From NCBI GenBank assembly GCA_963828165.1, contig CAWHDR010000001.1:160001-224000 (forward strand): a stretch of DNA of 64,000 bases. The letters run 5' to 3'. The notes under the pieces were generated by a model, which ran no database searches, was not told the DNA's origin, and saw nothing but the letters and a program-made list of their open reading frames with translations. This DNA comes from an uncultured Chloroflexia bacterium (GTDB lineage Bacteria; Chloroflexota; Limnocylindria; Limnocylindrales; CSP1-4). The translations under genes were made by a program, and so were the position numbers. Shown here in pieces: positions 48,526 through 58,854 of the stretch. Within the stretch, counting starts at the first letter, position 1; every line of letters begins with the position of its first letter.

Positions 48526-49539
48526 TCAGCGTGCGGGCGGGCACGACTCCCGCCAGATCACGTCCACCGGCAGGATCACCGTTTCGGGTGCGACGTCGAC
48601 CGCCAGCTGCCGGACGAGGATGCTCGCCGCGGCCACTCCGAGCCCGAACGCGTCCCGGGAGATGGCCGTCAGCGGCGGCCGATGGACGCGATTGATGCCG
48701 ACCTCGTCCGAGGTCACCAGCGCGATATCCGTGCCCGCTCCCAGACCCTGTTCGTGCAGCGCCCCGAGGACGCCTTCGAGCATCTGGTTGCCGCCGACAA
48801 TGAGCGCGCTGACGGCGGGCTGGACGCCGAGCAGCTGGGCCGCGGCGGCATGGCCCGCATCGGCGTCCAACTCACACTCCACGAACTCGACACGAACATT
48901 CCCGGCGATGCCCGCCGCCTCGTTGGCTCCGGCCATTCGCTCGCGCCCCGCCCGATAGCGCAGGGGCCCCGGCAGCAGACCGATCCGGCGATGGCCGAGG
49001 CCGATCAGCCGAGTCATGGCATCCCGGATGCCGGCGCGATGGTCGGAGACCACGATGCTCGTCCCGACGTCAGTCGGCATGTCGGCCTCGATGAGGACCA
49101 CCGGGACCTCGCTCTCTTTCAGGGCGGCTGCGACCGCGGGATGGTAATCCGAGGCCGAGGTCAGAAGGATCGCGTCGGCCCGTCGCGCATGGAGATATCG
49201 GAGGTGGGATGCCTCGATCAGCGGATCGTGTTCGGAGTTCATCACGATCAGCATGAGGCCCGCATCCCGGAACACGGACTCGGCGCCCGATGCGATCAGG
49301 GCCGTCATCGGGTTGGAGAGATCGTCGGTCACGAACCCGACGGCGCGACTGCGACCTTTCCTGAGGCCCTGGGCCATGAAGTTGGGCTGGTAATTCAGCC
49401 GCGCCGCGGCGGCGAGCACACGCTCTCGCAGGTCGACCGCGACAGTCGCGTTGCCCGACATGACCCGCGATACCGTGGCGATGGCGACGCCCGCCTCGCG
49501 AGCAACGTCGCGGATGCTGGGGCGAGAACCTCGCGCCAC
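48526..49539 (-). CDS. LacI-family transcriptional regulator
   Basis: SIRDVAREAGVAIATVSRV, LNYQPNFMAQGL, PPLTAI. Confidence 0.95.
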   Translation of the reverse strand: MARGSRPSIRDVAREAGVAIATVSRVMSGNATVAVDLRERVLAAAARLNYQPNFMAQGLRKGRSRAVGFVTDDLSNPMTALIASGAESVFRDAGLMLIVMNSEHDPLIEASHLRYLHARRADAILLTSASDYHPAVAAALKESEVPVVLIEADMPTDVGTSIVVSDHRAGIRDAMTRLIGLGHRRIGLLPGPLRYRAGRERMAGANEAAGIAGNVRVEFVECELDADAGHAAAAQLLGVQPAVSALIVGGNQMLEGVLGALHEQGLGAGTDIALVTSDEVGINRVHRPPLTAISRDAFGLGVAAASILVRQLAVDVAPETVILPVDVIWRESCPPAR

Positions 49540-49629
49540 CGGGGAACCTCCTGGGTACGCCACGCCGATCGGTCGGTGGCAGCAGAGAATACCTGCCACG
49601 GGCCTTGGGCCATGCCATCGCCGACCGCG

Positions 49630-49677
49630 TTGACACCGGATGGCCGCCGCTCATAGCCTGACCGGGAAACGTTTTTC
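49630..49677 (+). promoter_or_regulatory. Sigma70-type promoter plus LacI-type operator
   Basis: TTGACA 49630-35, N18, TAGCCT 49654-59; gggaaacgtttttc 49664-77; divergent from lacI. Confidence 0.7.
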
Positions 49678-49706
49678 GACCAGGAGGCCCCAGAGCGGAG
49701 GACGAG

Positions 49707-50615
49707 GTGCGGACCGTCGAGACCGTCACGGGCCCCATCGCCGCGGCGGACCTCGGCTTCACCCTGGTCCACGAACACCTGCTCATCGACATGTACGAGG
49801 TCTCGCTCAACTCCGCCGGGGTCCTGCTCGATGAAGGGGCGGCCGCGGAGGAGCTGTCCCTATTCCGCGCCGCCGGGGGCATGACCGTGGTCGACCAGAC
49901 GACGATCGGCCTCCATCCGGACTGGGAGGGGCTGCGCCGGATCTCCCTTGCGACGGGCGTGCAGGTCATCGCAGGAGCCGGGGTGTACTGGCATCGGTTC
50001 AGGCCGGCCTGGGTGGAATCCCTGACTGAGGCAGAACTTGGGGCGCGCTTCGTCACGGAGCTGGCCGAGGGCGTCGGACCGAGTGGGATCCGGGCGGGAC
50101 TGATCGGCGAGATCGCGACCGGCCACCGCGGGATCGATCCCGTGGAGGCACGCGTCCTCAGGGCCGCGGCGCTCGCCCAGCGGGAGACGGGCGCGCCGAT
50201 CGCGACCCACGCATTGTTCACTCGCATCGGACTCGATCAGCTCGACGTCCTGGAAGCTGCCGGCGCGGATCCCGCGAAGGTGCTGATCGGCCACGCTGAC
50301 ACGTGTCCCGACGAAAGCTACCACCTCGCGGTCCTCGAGCGGGGGGCGTGGCTCGGGTTCGACACGGTCGGGCAGGCGGACAAGGCGACCGACGACTGGC
50401 GGGCCGACAGGATTGCGGCCTATGCCGCCGGCGGTCACCTGGATCGGGTCCTCATCTCGTCCGACGTCTGCAAGCGACCGGCCCTCGTCCGCAACGGCGG
50501 CGGAGGGTACGCCACCGTCCTGCGCGATTTCGTCCCGCTGCTTCGCTCCCGCGGCCTCACGCAAGACGACATCACCCGACTGCTGGTGGTGAACCCACGC
50601 AGCTTCTTCGAGTAG
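49707..50615 (+). CDS. Phosphotriesterase-related amidohydrolase 4 (close paralog of 24648..25586)
   Basis: HEHLLIDMYEVSLNSAGVLLDE, GEIATGHR, ATHALFT, ISSDVCKRPALV. Confidence 0.92.
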   Translation: MRTVETVTGPIAAADLGFTLVHEHLLIDMYEVSLNSAGVLLDEGAAAEELSLFRAAGGMTVVDQTTIGLHPDWEGLRRISLATGVQVIAGAGVYWHRFRPAWVESLTEAELGARFVTELAEGVGPSGIRAGLIGEIATGHRGIDPVEARVLRAAALAQRETGAPIATHALFTRIGLDQLDVLEAAGADPAKVLIGHADTCPDESYHLAVLERGAWLGFDTVGQADKATDDWRADRIAAYAAGGHLDRVLISSDVCKRPALVRNGGGGYATVLRDFVPLLRSRGLTQDDITRLLVVNPRSFFE

Positions 50616-50650
50616 GGCCCCGAGCGGAGATTCCTGCGCGCTCCTCCGGG

Positions 50651-51493
50651 CTACCCTCGGACCGACCCGGACAGGAAGCTCCCGACGAGGTGACGCTGGA
50701 ACAGCGCGAACAGGATCGCGCTCGGGAGCGACACGAGCGTGGACGCAGCCATCAGCTGCGCCCACAGAGACTGCTCGATGTTCCTCCCGGTGAAGAACGC
50801 ATGGATCCCCACCGGCGCGGTAAAGCTGCTCTGGTCGCTCAAGAGGATGAACGCGAACAGGAAGTCGTTCCACGAAAGGATGAACGCGTACGCGCCCGCC
50901 GCCAGGAGCCCCGGGGTGGAGAGCGGCAGGACGATGTGACGAAGGACCTGGAGGAGGCTGGCGCCGTCGGTGTAGCCGGCTTCCTCGATCTCGACGGGGA
51001 TGACATCGTAGAAATCGCGCAGGACCCAGGTGCAGAACGGGATCGTCAGGCTGCTGTGGACCAGGACGAGCGCGGGGAGCGAGTTGACCTGCCCGAGGCC
51101 GACCAGCAGGACGAACAGCGGGACCGCGATGGTGACCGAGGGTACGGCGTAGTGGAGGATCAGCATGCCGCCCACCGTCCGGCGCCCGCGAAATCGCAGG
51201 CGTGCCAGGGCGAAGGCCGTTGGCGCCGCGATCAGGAGTGAGAGGACCATCGTGGCGGTCGCGACGCCGACACTCGTCAGCATCCAACCGACGAGGTCGG
51301 CCCGTCGCAGGGCGAGCGCATAGCTCGTGAGGTCCAACGCCACTGGAAGCGCGTCCGCAAGGTCCAGGGAAAGGAACCGGTCCGGGTTCTTGAAGGACGA
51401 GATGACGATCCACAGGAACGGAAAGATCACGACGGCCACCACAACGGCGGCGAACATCGAACGCGACCCATAGCGGATGCGCCGATGCATCAC
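50651..51493 (-). CDS. Carbohydrate ABC permease (MalG-like)
   Basis: FPFLWIVISSFK, IPVEIEEAGYTDGA, WNDFLFA. Confidence 0.92.
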   Translation of the reverse strand: MMHRRIRYGSRSMFAAVVVAVVIFPFLWIVISSFKNPDRFLSLDLADALPVALDLTSYALALRRADLVGWMLTSVGVATATMVLSLLIAAPTAFALARLRFRGRRTVGGMLILHYAVPSVTIAVPLFVLLVGLGQVNSLPALVLVHSSLTIPFCTWVLRDFYDVIPVEIEEAGYTDGASLLQVLRHIVLPLSTPGLLAAGAYAFILSWNDFLFAFILLSDQSSFTAPVGIHAFFTGRNIEQSLWAQLMAASTLVSLPSAILFALFQRHLVGSFLSGSVRG

Positions 51494-52348
51494 CGCGCCC
51501 TCGCGCTGACCCGGAACACGACCGCAAGTGCCACGACGCCGGCCAGGAATACGACGAGGCCGACAGCCGACGCACGACCCATGTCGAGCGCTCGAAATGC
51601 CTGGTTGTACAGCAACAATGGAAGGGTGGTCGTGGAGCCAGACGGCCCGCCGCCGGTCAGCAGGAAGGTGATGTCGAACAGCGCGAAGTTGTAGATCCCG
51701 GACAGGACGCCGGCCAAGGCGATGGACGGCAACAGGTGCGGGAGGACCACGTGGGTGAAGCTGGCAAACGGGCCCGCGCCGTCGACACGGGCCGCGTCGA
51801 CGATCTCGCGCGACAGGGATTGGAGCGACGCGAGGATCAGATGAAGACGAGCGGCAATCCCTTCCAGGCGTGGGCCAGCGTCACCCAGGCCGTCGCCCAG
51901 CCGCGCTCGCCCAGGAACGAGATCGGTTCCGAGAAGAAGCCGGTCGCCAGGCCGATCTGGTTGAACAGGCCGTAGTTGGTGTTGCCGAGCCAGAGGAAGC
52001 CGGTCGCTACGGCGACGGTCGGGATGGCCCACGGCATGGTGACGATCGAGCGCAGGAACGCCCGGCCGGCCAGTGGCCGGTTGAGCAGGAGCGCCAACGG
52101 CACCGCTACGAGGATCTCGAGCAATACGGATCCGACGCTGATGAGCAGGCTGTTCCAGAACGCCGGCAGGAACGCGGGACCCGTCAGCCAGGCAGGTTGG
52201 CGAGACCGAATGCGCCCGAGTCCTTCTCGATCAGGCTCTGGACGACGACCCATACGAAGGGCGCCAGGACGACCGTTGCGGTCAGGAAGACGGCCGGACC
52301 GACCAGGGCCAGCCCGGCCGCCTGGAAGTACGACCGGCTGCCGATCAC
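51490..52348 (-). CDS. Carbohydrate ABC permease (MalF-like) with two frameshifts (near 52194 and 51840)
   Basis: Three consecutive frames: VIGSRSYFQ...FGLANL / AWLTGPAF...WKGLPLVFI / LILASLQSLSREIVDAARVDGA. Confidence 0.8.
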
Positions 52349-52373
52349 CCGAGCGTTGCTCCCCTTGCCGAAC

Positions 52374-53726
52374 TCAGCCCAGCGCTGCCTTGATCGTCTC
52401 GAGCGCGAACTCCATCACTTCTTCCGGGGACTGGTCGTCGGTGACGAGGCGGTCACCGATCTGCTTCTCGACATCGGTGGCGGTCAGCGCGGAGTCCTTC
52501 GCGCTCGGGCCCCAGTAGCCCGTCCCGATCACGCCCACCTTCAGGGACTCGCCACCGAGCTCGATGAATTCACGGATCGGCGCGATCCGCGGGTTGTTCA
52601 GGTAGGTGTCCGTGTAGGCGTCCTGGAGCATCGGCACCCAGCCGACCACCGTACGACCAAGGTATTCCTGGAAGTTGTCTGGCTCCAACTGGAATTCGAT
52701 CGCGAGGCGGGCGATATCGGGCGACTTCGCCTTCGTCGGGATGGTGTTTCCCTGGAAGTCCAGGGACGCTCCCTTGGCTCCCTCCTTGCGCGGATAGAGG
52801 AATCCGCCGAAGCGGGGCAGGTCTTCCGGCTTGAAGTTCGCGGCCATGCTCGTCGTCGTCAGCATGTGCGCGACCTTGCCGTCCACGTAGAGCTGGCGGG
52901 ACTCGAGGTCACTCTGGGACATGCTCCCCGGTGGCGAGTAACTGGCGAGGTCCTTGAAGAACTGCCAGGCCTGGAGCGTCTCGGGCCGATCGAGCGCGAG
53001 CTGGTCCTGCTCGTCGAAGTAGTACGCCCCGTGGGTCCACATCGCCGACTTCAGATTCCACGTGTCGGAGATGGCCTGGTTCGTGACGATGCACCCGTAG
53101 ACGTCCGGTGGGTTGTGCACCGCCGCGATGTTCTCGAGCAGCTGCTCGTGGCTCTCCGGTGCCTGCAGGCCCTTGGCTTCGTACAGGTCCTTGCGGTAGT
53201 AGATGAAGAACGGGAAACCCGTCTGGGGAACGGTGTAGGTATTGCCATCCACGGTGATGCCGTCCAGGGCCGCGGGGATGAACCGATCGCGACCGATCAT
53301 GTCGATCAGGTCGTTGACCGGCTGGGTCAGCCCATCGACGCCGTAGGTATACATGAACTGGCTGTAGGCATAGAGCATGTCCGGAACGGCGCCGGCGGCG
53401 TGCCCCGCCGTGAGCTTGGTCGTGTCGTCCCCGTACGGAACCGTCAATTGGCTGAGCGCCACGCCCGGGTACTGCCGTGCGAACTCCTGGCCCCACCACT
53501 TCTCGGCGGCGAGCGCGTCGTCGCGCGTGTCAGGCGTCCAGCTTTCAAGGGTGCCGGTGAGCGCGTCTCCGCTGCTACCAGCCGGAGGGCTCGAAGTCCC
53601 GGGGCTGGCGGGGCTGGCGGGGCTGGCGGGGCTGCATGCCGCGGCCAGCGGCGCGAGCGCCAGCGCGGCTCCGCCTGCCGCGCCTGATTGGAGTAACTGT
53701 CGCCTTGATAGGCGCGTCGCGAGCAT
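52374..53726 (-). CDS. ABC extracellular solute-binding protein (family 1), Tat-type lipoprotein
   Basis: SRRQLLQ Tat motif, LAAAC lipobox, FFIYYRKDLYEAKG. Confidence 0.9.
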   Translation of the reverse strand: MLATRLSRRQLLQSGAAGGAALALAPLAAACSPASPASPASPGTSSPPAGSSGDALTGTLESWTPDTRDDALAAEKWWGQEFARQYPGVALSQLTVPYGDDTTKLTAGHAAGAVPDMLYAYSQFMYTYGVDGLTQPVNDLIDMIGRDRFIPAALDGITVDGNTYTVPQTGFPFFIYYRKDLYEAKGLQAPESHEQLLENIAAVHNPPDVYGCIVTNQAISDTWNLKSAMWTHGAYYFDEQDQLALDRPETLQAWQFFKDLASYSPPGSMSQSDLESRQLYVDGKVAHMLTTTSMAANFKPEDLPRFGGFLYPRKEGAKGASLDFQGNTIPTKAKSPDIARLAIEFQLEPDNFQEYLGRTVVGWVPMLQDAYTDTYLNNPRIAPIREFIELGGESLKVGVIGTGYWGPSAKDSALTATDVEKQIGDRLVTDDQSPEEVMEFALETIKAALG

Positions 53727-53740
53727 CAGCAGCACCTCCT

Positions 53741-53796
53741 AGGAAACGTTTCCTCCCCGTCAGGTGAGCATAGAGACCGCGCTGCGGCAGTGTCAA
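53741..53796 (-). promoter_or_regulatory. Sigma70-type promoter plus perfect palindromic LacI-type operator
   Basis: Minus strand TTGACA (53791-96), N18, TATGCT (53767-72); AGGAAACGTTTCCT 53741-54. Confidence 0.75.
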
Positions 53797-53849
53797 TACG
53801 GATGTGGCCGGTCGGGCGACCCGGCGTCGGTGGACGGGAGCGCGCCGGG

Positions 53850-54605
53850 CTATCGAGCGCCGGTGATGAACGCCACGACCTCTTCGCCGCTCGTCGCCTC
53901 GACGTTCAGGTTTGCCACGAGGACTCCCCGACGCAACACCAGCACACGCGTGCAGACAGAGAAGATGTGCTGCAGGTTGTGGGCGACGACGAGGATGGCC
54001 ATGTCCCCGCGCCCTGCCGTGTGCGTGATCATCTCCAGGACACCTGCCGATTCCTGCACACCGAGCGCGGCGGTGGGCTCGTCGAGGAGCAGCAGGTGCC
54101 GACCCCAGTAGGCGGCTTTGCTGATGGCAACCACCTGACGCTGGCCACCGGACATCTGGTCGATCGGCGCGTCGAGATCCGGGAACCGCGCCGGCAGCTG
54201 GGCCACCGCGGCCCTGGCTCGGGTCACCATCTCCTGCTTCCGCAGCAGGCCGAACCGCTCCAGCCATCCGGTCCGGACCAGCTCCCGCCCCAGGAACAGG
54301 TTCTCCGTGAGGTCGAACATCTCCACGAGGGCGAGGTCCTGGTACACGGTCTCGACGCCCGCCGCCCGCGCATCGGCCGGCGAGGCGAAATCGTGCTTCG
54401 TCCCGTCAAGGTGGATGTCGCCACTGTCCGGTCGAAGGACTCCGGCGATGCATTTGATGAGCGTCGATTTGCCGGCGCCGTTGTCGCCGACCAGCCCGAC
54501 GACCTCACCCCGGTGGATCTCGAAGCTCACGTTCTTCAGCGCCGCCACCGAGCCATAGCTCTTACTGACCCCCTCAACGGCCAGCAGGGCAGCCTGGTCC
54601 GTCAC
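53850..54605 (-). CDS. Sugar ABC ATP-binding protein (single NBD)
   Basis: GDNGAGKST, VYQDLAL, MSGGQRQ, LDEPTAALG. Confidence 0.93.
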   Translation of the reverse strand: MTDQAALLAVEGVSKSYGSVAALKNVSFEIHRGEVVGLVGDNGAGKSTLIKCIAGVLRPDSGDIHLDGTKHDFASPADARAAGVETVYQDLALVEMFDLTENLFLGRELVRTGWLERFGLLRKQEMVTRARAAVAQLPARFPDLDAPIDQMSGGQRQVVAISKAAYWGRHLLLLDEPTAALGVQESAGVLEMITHTAGRGDMAILVVAHNLQHIFSVCTRVLVLRRGVLVANLNVEATSGEEVVAFITGAR

Positions 54606-55636
54606 AGCTCGAACCGGACGTCTGGCTTGCCGCGCGCGAGCCGTGCCTGGTCGAGCGCGACAGCCGTCACGAGGAGCCCTCCACGAACGACTTCCTGCCA
54701 GAACGACGTGATCCGGAGCAGCGTCAGACCGTTGTCCAGGACCGCGAGGATGAGGATGGCAAGGACCGTCCCCGCCATCGTCCCACGACCGCCGTTCAGG
54801 CTGGCGCCGCCAAGGATGATGCCGGTGATGGCGAGCAGTTCGAGACCTTGCCCGGTCGTCGGGCTGATCGCGCCGAGCTGCGACACGACGATCAGCGCGG
54901 CCAGGCCGACGCTGACCCCCGTCAGCAGGAAGCCGATGATGACATTGCGCTCGAGCCCGATCCCGGCGAGCAAAGCCGCCCGCGGATTGGCTCCCATGCC
55001 GTACATGTGGCGGCCATACCGAGTCTGACTCATGACCACCCAGAACGCGGCGAGCACGGCCAGCAGGATGAACACGCTGAATGGCACACCGATGCCGGCG
55101 ATGTCGATCCGGGTCCGCCCGAGGAAGTCGAAATCCTCGACCGGGATGTTGCGCCCCGACCCCTCGAGTTTCGCGATGCCGCGGAAGGCGGCGAGGGTCC
55201 CAAGCGTCGCGATGAGCGAGTTCACACGGAGTTTCGTGATCGCGAGCGCGTTGATGACGGCGACGAGCAGCGCGGCGCCCATGGCGGCGACGATCGCCGC
55301 GGCGAGCCCGTGACCGGCCTCCGCCACCAGCGCCAGGGTGGTCGCCGAGAATGCGACAGCAGAACCGACTGAGAGATCCACCTGCCGGGCGACCAGGAGC
55401 AGTGTCAACGGCGCCGCGATGATGCCGACCACGACCGTGTTCAGGGTCACGTTCAACAGGTTCCCGGGCGTCAGGAAGAACGGGGTCTGGATCGTGAAGA
55501 ACAGGCAGGTGGCGACGAGCGCGACGAGGCGTGCCGTCATGGGAGTCAGGATCGACCTACGAACCTGCGCCCCTTTCGCGCGGGATGGCGGTTGGCCCGC
55601 TGCGAGTCCACCTTCTGGCTGCGCGCCCTTGATCAC
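54602..55636 (-). CDS. Sugar ABC permease (RbsC-like)
   Basis: VDLSVGS, LIATLGTL, YGRHMYGMG, ILGGASLNGGRG. Confidence 0.92.
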   Translation of the reverse strand: MIKGAQPEGGLAAGQPPSRAKGAQVRRSILTPMTARLVALVATCLFFTIQTPFFLTPGNLLNVTLNTVVVGIIAAPLTLLLVARQVDLSVGSAVAFSATTLALVAEAGHGLAAAIVAAMGAALLVAVINALAITKLRVNSLIATLGTLAAFRGIAKLEGSGRNIPVEDFDFLGRTRIDIAGIGVPFSVFILLAVLAAFWVVMSQTRYGRHMYGMGANPRAALLAGIGLERNVIIGFLLTGVSVGLAALIVVSQLGAISPTTGQGLELLAITGIILGGASLNGGRGTMAGTVLAILILAVLDNGLTLLRITSFWQEVVRGGLLVTAVALDQARLARGKPDVRFEL

Positions 55637-55687
55637 CTCACGAACCGTCGCTACGGCTGAGGGACCGTTCGCTGATCCGCAACGATC

Positions 55688-56770
55688 TCAGCGGGCCGCG
55701 TAGAACTCGTCGATGTTGTCGGCGTTGATAAAGAGGTGCTCGACCAGAACCTCCGTCGCCACCGTCTCGCCCTTGGCGAGAGCGATCGCGAGGGGCATCA
55801 CCAGCTCGCCATACGTCTCTGGGAAGTAGGCCACGGATCCCACCCACTGGGGCTCGTTCCGGATCGCGTCGCGAACGCTCGGGTCGGCTCCGTGCGTCGC
55901 GACCCAGACCTGGTCCTTGCGCCCCGCCACTTCGGCGGCACCCAAGGCGGCAGAACCCATCCCGTCGCCCGACGGCGAGATCACGAGGATGGTCTTCGCC
56001 TCCGGTAAGGTCGTGAGGATGTCGGCCATCTGGCGGCGCGAGTTCTCCGGCTGGTCAGGGCCGCCCGCGAACGTGTCCACCGAGAAGTATTTGTCCCGCG
56101 GGATCGGGCCGCACACGCCCTCGAACCCCTCCACGCTTCCACCCGCCCGAGCAGCATTGATTTCGGCGATCGTCGGAAAATCGAGCGTGATGTAGGCGTC
56201 GTACTGGCATCCGAACTTCTCGGAAGCGAAATCTCCGAGCCCCTTCCCGGCGACCAATCCGGCCTCGCGGTTGTTCGCACCCACGAAGGTTTCCTGACAC
56301 GGCTCCTCCGGCGTGTCGATCGCGACCGTCGGAAGGTTGCCGTAGGCCTCGCAGACCGCTTCCGACGAGTCGGGGAAGAACTGCCAGTTGATCATCGAGT
56401 CCAGCTCCTGGGCTGCGAGTGTCCGGGCGCATGTCAACGCCTTTTCGGCCTCGAACGCGCTGTCACATTCGGAGAGCTCGACGCCAGCCTTGACCGCCTC
56501 AGCTCGGATGCCCTCGGTGACGAGGAGCACGAACGGATCGCTGTCCCCGCCGGAGATGTAGCCGATCCGATGCGTCTCGCCGGGTCCGGACGGGGTCGAT
56601 GACGATCCGGCACCGCTCGACGGGGACGCAGAGGCTCCGGCATCGGCGGTCGGCGCCGACGACGCTACCGGTGTGGAGCAGGCTGCGGCGGCGAGGACCA
56701 CGACCGCGAGAAAGGTCGGCCAGCGAACTGGCTTGCGCCGCATGTCGAATCCGGGACCGGTGTACAGCAC
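55688..56770 (-). CDS. Sugar ABC substrate-binding lipoprotein 3
   Basis: GGAGG RBS; AAAC lipobox; RIGYIS, ECDS...ALTCAR, FVGANNREAG, VAYFPETYG. Confidence 0.88.
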   Translation of the reverse strand: MLYTGPGFDMRRKPVRWPTFLAVVVLAAAACSTPVASSAPTADAGASASPSSGAGSSSTPSGPGETHRIGYISGGDSDPFVLLVTEGIRAEAVKAGVELSECDSAFEAEKALTCARTLAAQELDSMINWQFFPDSSEAVCEAYGNLPTVAIDTPEEPCQETFVGANNREAGLVAGKGLGDFASEKFGCQYDAYITLDFPTIAEINAARAGGSVEGFEGVCGPIPRDKYFSVDTFAGGPDQPENSRRQMADILTTLPEAKTILVISPSGDGMGSAALGAAEVAGRKDQVWVATHGADPSVRDAIRNEPQWVGSVAYFPETYGELVMPLAIALAKGETVATEVLVEHLFINADNIDEFYAAR

Positions 56771-56874
56771 GTTCCCTCCTCCACTCATCACGCGGCGCGC
56801 GACGTCCGATGGACGTCCAGCCGCAAGCAAGAAAACGATACCAGAGTGACCCCGCTGTCTGATAGTCTCCTGCT

Positions 56875-57648
56875 GTGTTCGAGATCGCATCGGGTCGCAA
56901 GGCGGTCATCACCGGTGGTGCTTCCGGCTTCGGTTTCGGGGTCGCGGAGCGGCTGCTGGAAGCCGGAGCATCGGTCGCGATCGCCGATGTCGATGCTGCG
57001 GCCGTCAAGGCCGCCGGGGATCGCCTGCGCGGCGCGGTGACGATCGTCATGGACGTCACGGACCGCTCTTCCGTGGTCGCCGGCATCGGTCAGGCGGCCG
57101 AAACGTTCGGTGGCCTGGACACCCTGGTCAACTGCGCCGGCGTGTTCGAATTCCGGCCGTTCGAGGAAATCTCCGAGCGAGAATGGGACTGGATCCTCGA
57201 CGTCAACCTCAAGGGGGTCTTCCTCTCTTGCCAGGTCGCGCTCCCTCATCTGCGAGCCAGCGGCCGCGGCCGGGTCGTCAACATCTCGTCCGACGCGGGC
57301 AAGAAGGGATACGCGTTGATCGCGAGCTATGTGGCCTCGAAGTTCGGGGTCGTGGGCTTGACGGAGTCCCTCGCTGCGGAGTTCGGGCAATTCGGCGTGA
57401 CCGTGAACGCGGTCTGTCCATCGACGGTAGCCGAGACCCGCATGGGCCAGAAGGTGCTCGAACAAAAGGTCGACCTGTTCAGCAAGCCACCGGAGCGGGT
57501 GCTCGCCGAAGGTGCCCAGTCCTACCCGCTCCGACGACTGGGCACGGTCGCCGACGTGGCCGACACGATCATGTTCCTGATCTCCGACAGCGCCGGTTGG
57601 ATCAGCGGCGAGTCGATCAACATCGACGGTGGGAATTTGTCGGGCTGA
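56875..57648 (+). CDS. Short-chain dehydrogenase/reductase
   Basis: TGGASGFG, NCAG, YVASK, NAVCP. Confidence 0.92.
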   Translation: MFEIASGRKAVITGGASGFGFGVAERLLEAGASVAIADVDAAAVKAAGDRLRGAVTIVMDVTDRSSVVAGIGQAAETFGGLDTLVNCAGVFEFRPFEEISEREWDWILDVNLKGVFLSCQVALPHLRASGRGRVVNISSDAGKKGYALIASYVASKFGVVGLTESLAAEFGQFGVTVNAVCPSTVAETRMGQKVLEQKVDLFSKPPERVLAEGAQSYPLRRLGTVADVADTIMFLISDSAGWISGESINIDGGNLSG

Positions 57649-57717
57649 GAGTCAACAGCAGGCGTGCCGACGGCGAACGCCGGGGCCGAAGGACGCCCAC
57701 CAACACGGGAGGCTCGG

Positions 57718-58854
57718 ATGACGGCTGACGCATCGGGCTGGATCGAGCAGATGCTGGTCGAAGCGGTCGGCCCCGAGGGTGCCGAACCGATCGACGGCGA
57801 TCAGGTCGTCCGGTACTCCGAGACTCTCGGCCGGAGGGTGCGATCGGACGCGACCTGGGCTGAAGCCGCGGTCTCCACCTATACCAAGGCCGTGGAGGCG
57901 ATCAGGGCCGGCGACTGGGATCGTGCCGCGCAGTACGTCGACTTCTTCGTCGATGAAGCCGCCGTCATCTATGGCGTGTTCCGCGGTCTGATCCCGGACG
58001 CCATCTTGTTCCTGGAGCAGCGGGGCGTTGCCCGCCCGAAGCTCCTCGAGATCAACCGACGGCTGCTGGACCTGATCCGGTTGCCGGGCGGGCGGCCGTT
58101 CGTGGCGCGCTCGCGGTGGGCCGAGTTCCAGGCCGACGTTCGCGCCTGCGTGGTCGCGTGCGGCAATGGAGCGACTGATGACGCCCTGGCCCACCTCGCT
58201 GAAGCGAAGGAGACCTGGCGCCAGATCCAGGACCGGGACGTGGATCACCTCTACGGCCTGCTGAACGAGGCGGTGGTGTTCTGGGGAGAACCGGTTGTCG
58301 GTGAGTTCTGGGATGCCATCATCGGCCCCCTGTTCACCGCGCGGTACGAGAAGTTCGACGTCGCGCGGAACCCGTGGGAGGACTCGCTCTGGACGAACGT
58401 GTACCTCGCCTTCGAGGCCATGCGAGGGCATCTCGTCGGGCCGGATCGCGACGGCACGATGGAGTTCAGCGAGGACGCCGAGCGATACACGTGGCGGTTC
58501 GACCCGTGCGGGAGCGGGGGGAGATCGCTGCGGGGCGATCACATCGAGGGCTCGCCGCCAAGGATGGAGGCGCCGTTCGAATATGGCGTGACCGAGGACG
58601 AATACGACTTCGCCTGGAACAAGAAGGGCGTCTGCTACTACTGCGTCAATTGCTGCGTCGTGATGCAGCTCAAGCCGATCGATACGTTCGGCTACCCGGT
58701 TCGAGTCGTCGAACCGCCGACGTACCCGGATCGAGGAGACGCGAAGTGCGTCTGGCACGTGTACAAGGATCCTTCGATGGTCCCCGAGCGGTACTACACG
58801 GACGTCGGCCGGACGAAGCCCGCGACCATCGGGCAGAAGCCGGCGAGCGACTGA
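57718..58854 (+). CDS. Uncharacterised Cys-rich protein, paralog B
   Basis: GGAGG RBS; EAMRGHLVGP, FDPCGSGGR, GVCYYCVNC, KCVW, GRTKP. Confidence 0.85.
   Translation: MTADASGWIEQMLVEAVGPEGAEPIDGDQVVRYSETLGRRVRSDATWAEAAVSTYTKAVEAIRAGDWDRAAQYVDFFVDEAAVIYGVFRGLIPDAILFLEQRGVARPKLLEINRRLLDLIRLPGGRPFVARSRWAEFQADVRACVVACGNGATDDALAHLAEAKETWRQIQDRDVDHLYGLLNEAVVFWGEPVVGEFWDAIIGPLFTARYEKFDVARNPWEDSLWTNVYLAFEAMRGHLVGPDRDGTMEFSEDAERYTWRFDPCGSGGRSLRGDHIEGSPPRMEAPFEYGVTEDEYDFAWNKKGVCYYCVNCCVVMQLKPIDTFGYPVRVVEPPTYPDRGDAKCVWHVYKDPSMVPERYYTDVGRTKPATIGQKPASD

Noticed and set aside
53601-53634. Tandem 9-bp repeat ggggctggc x3.8
   Set aside because: In-frame, encodes the SPASPASPASP linker after the lipobox of the SBP; ordinary low-complexity linker
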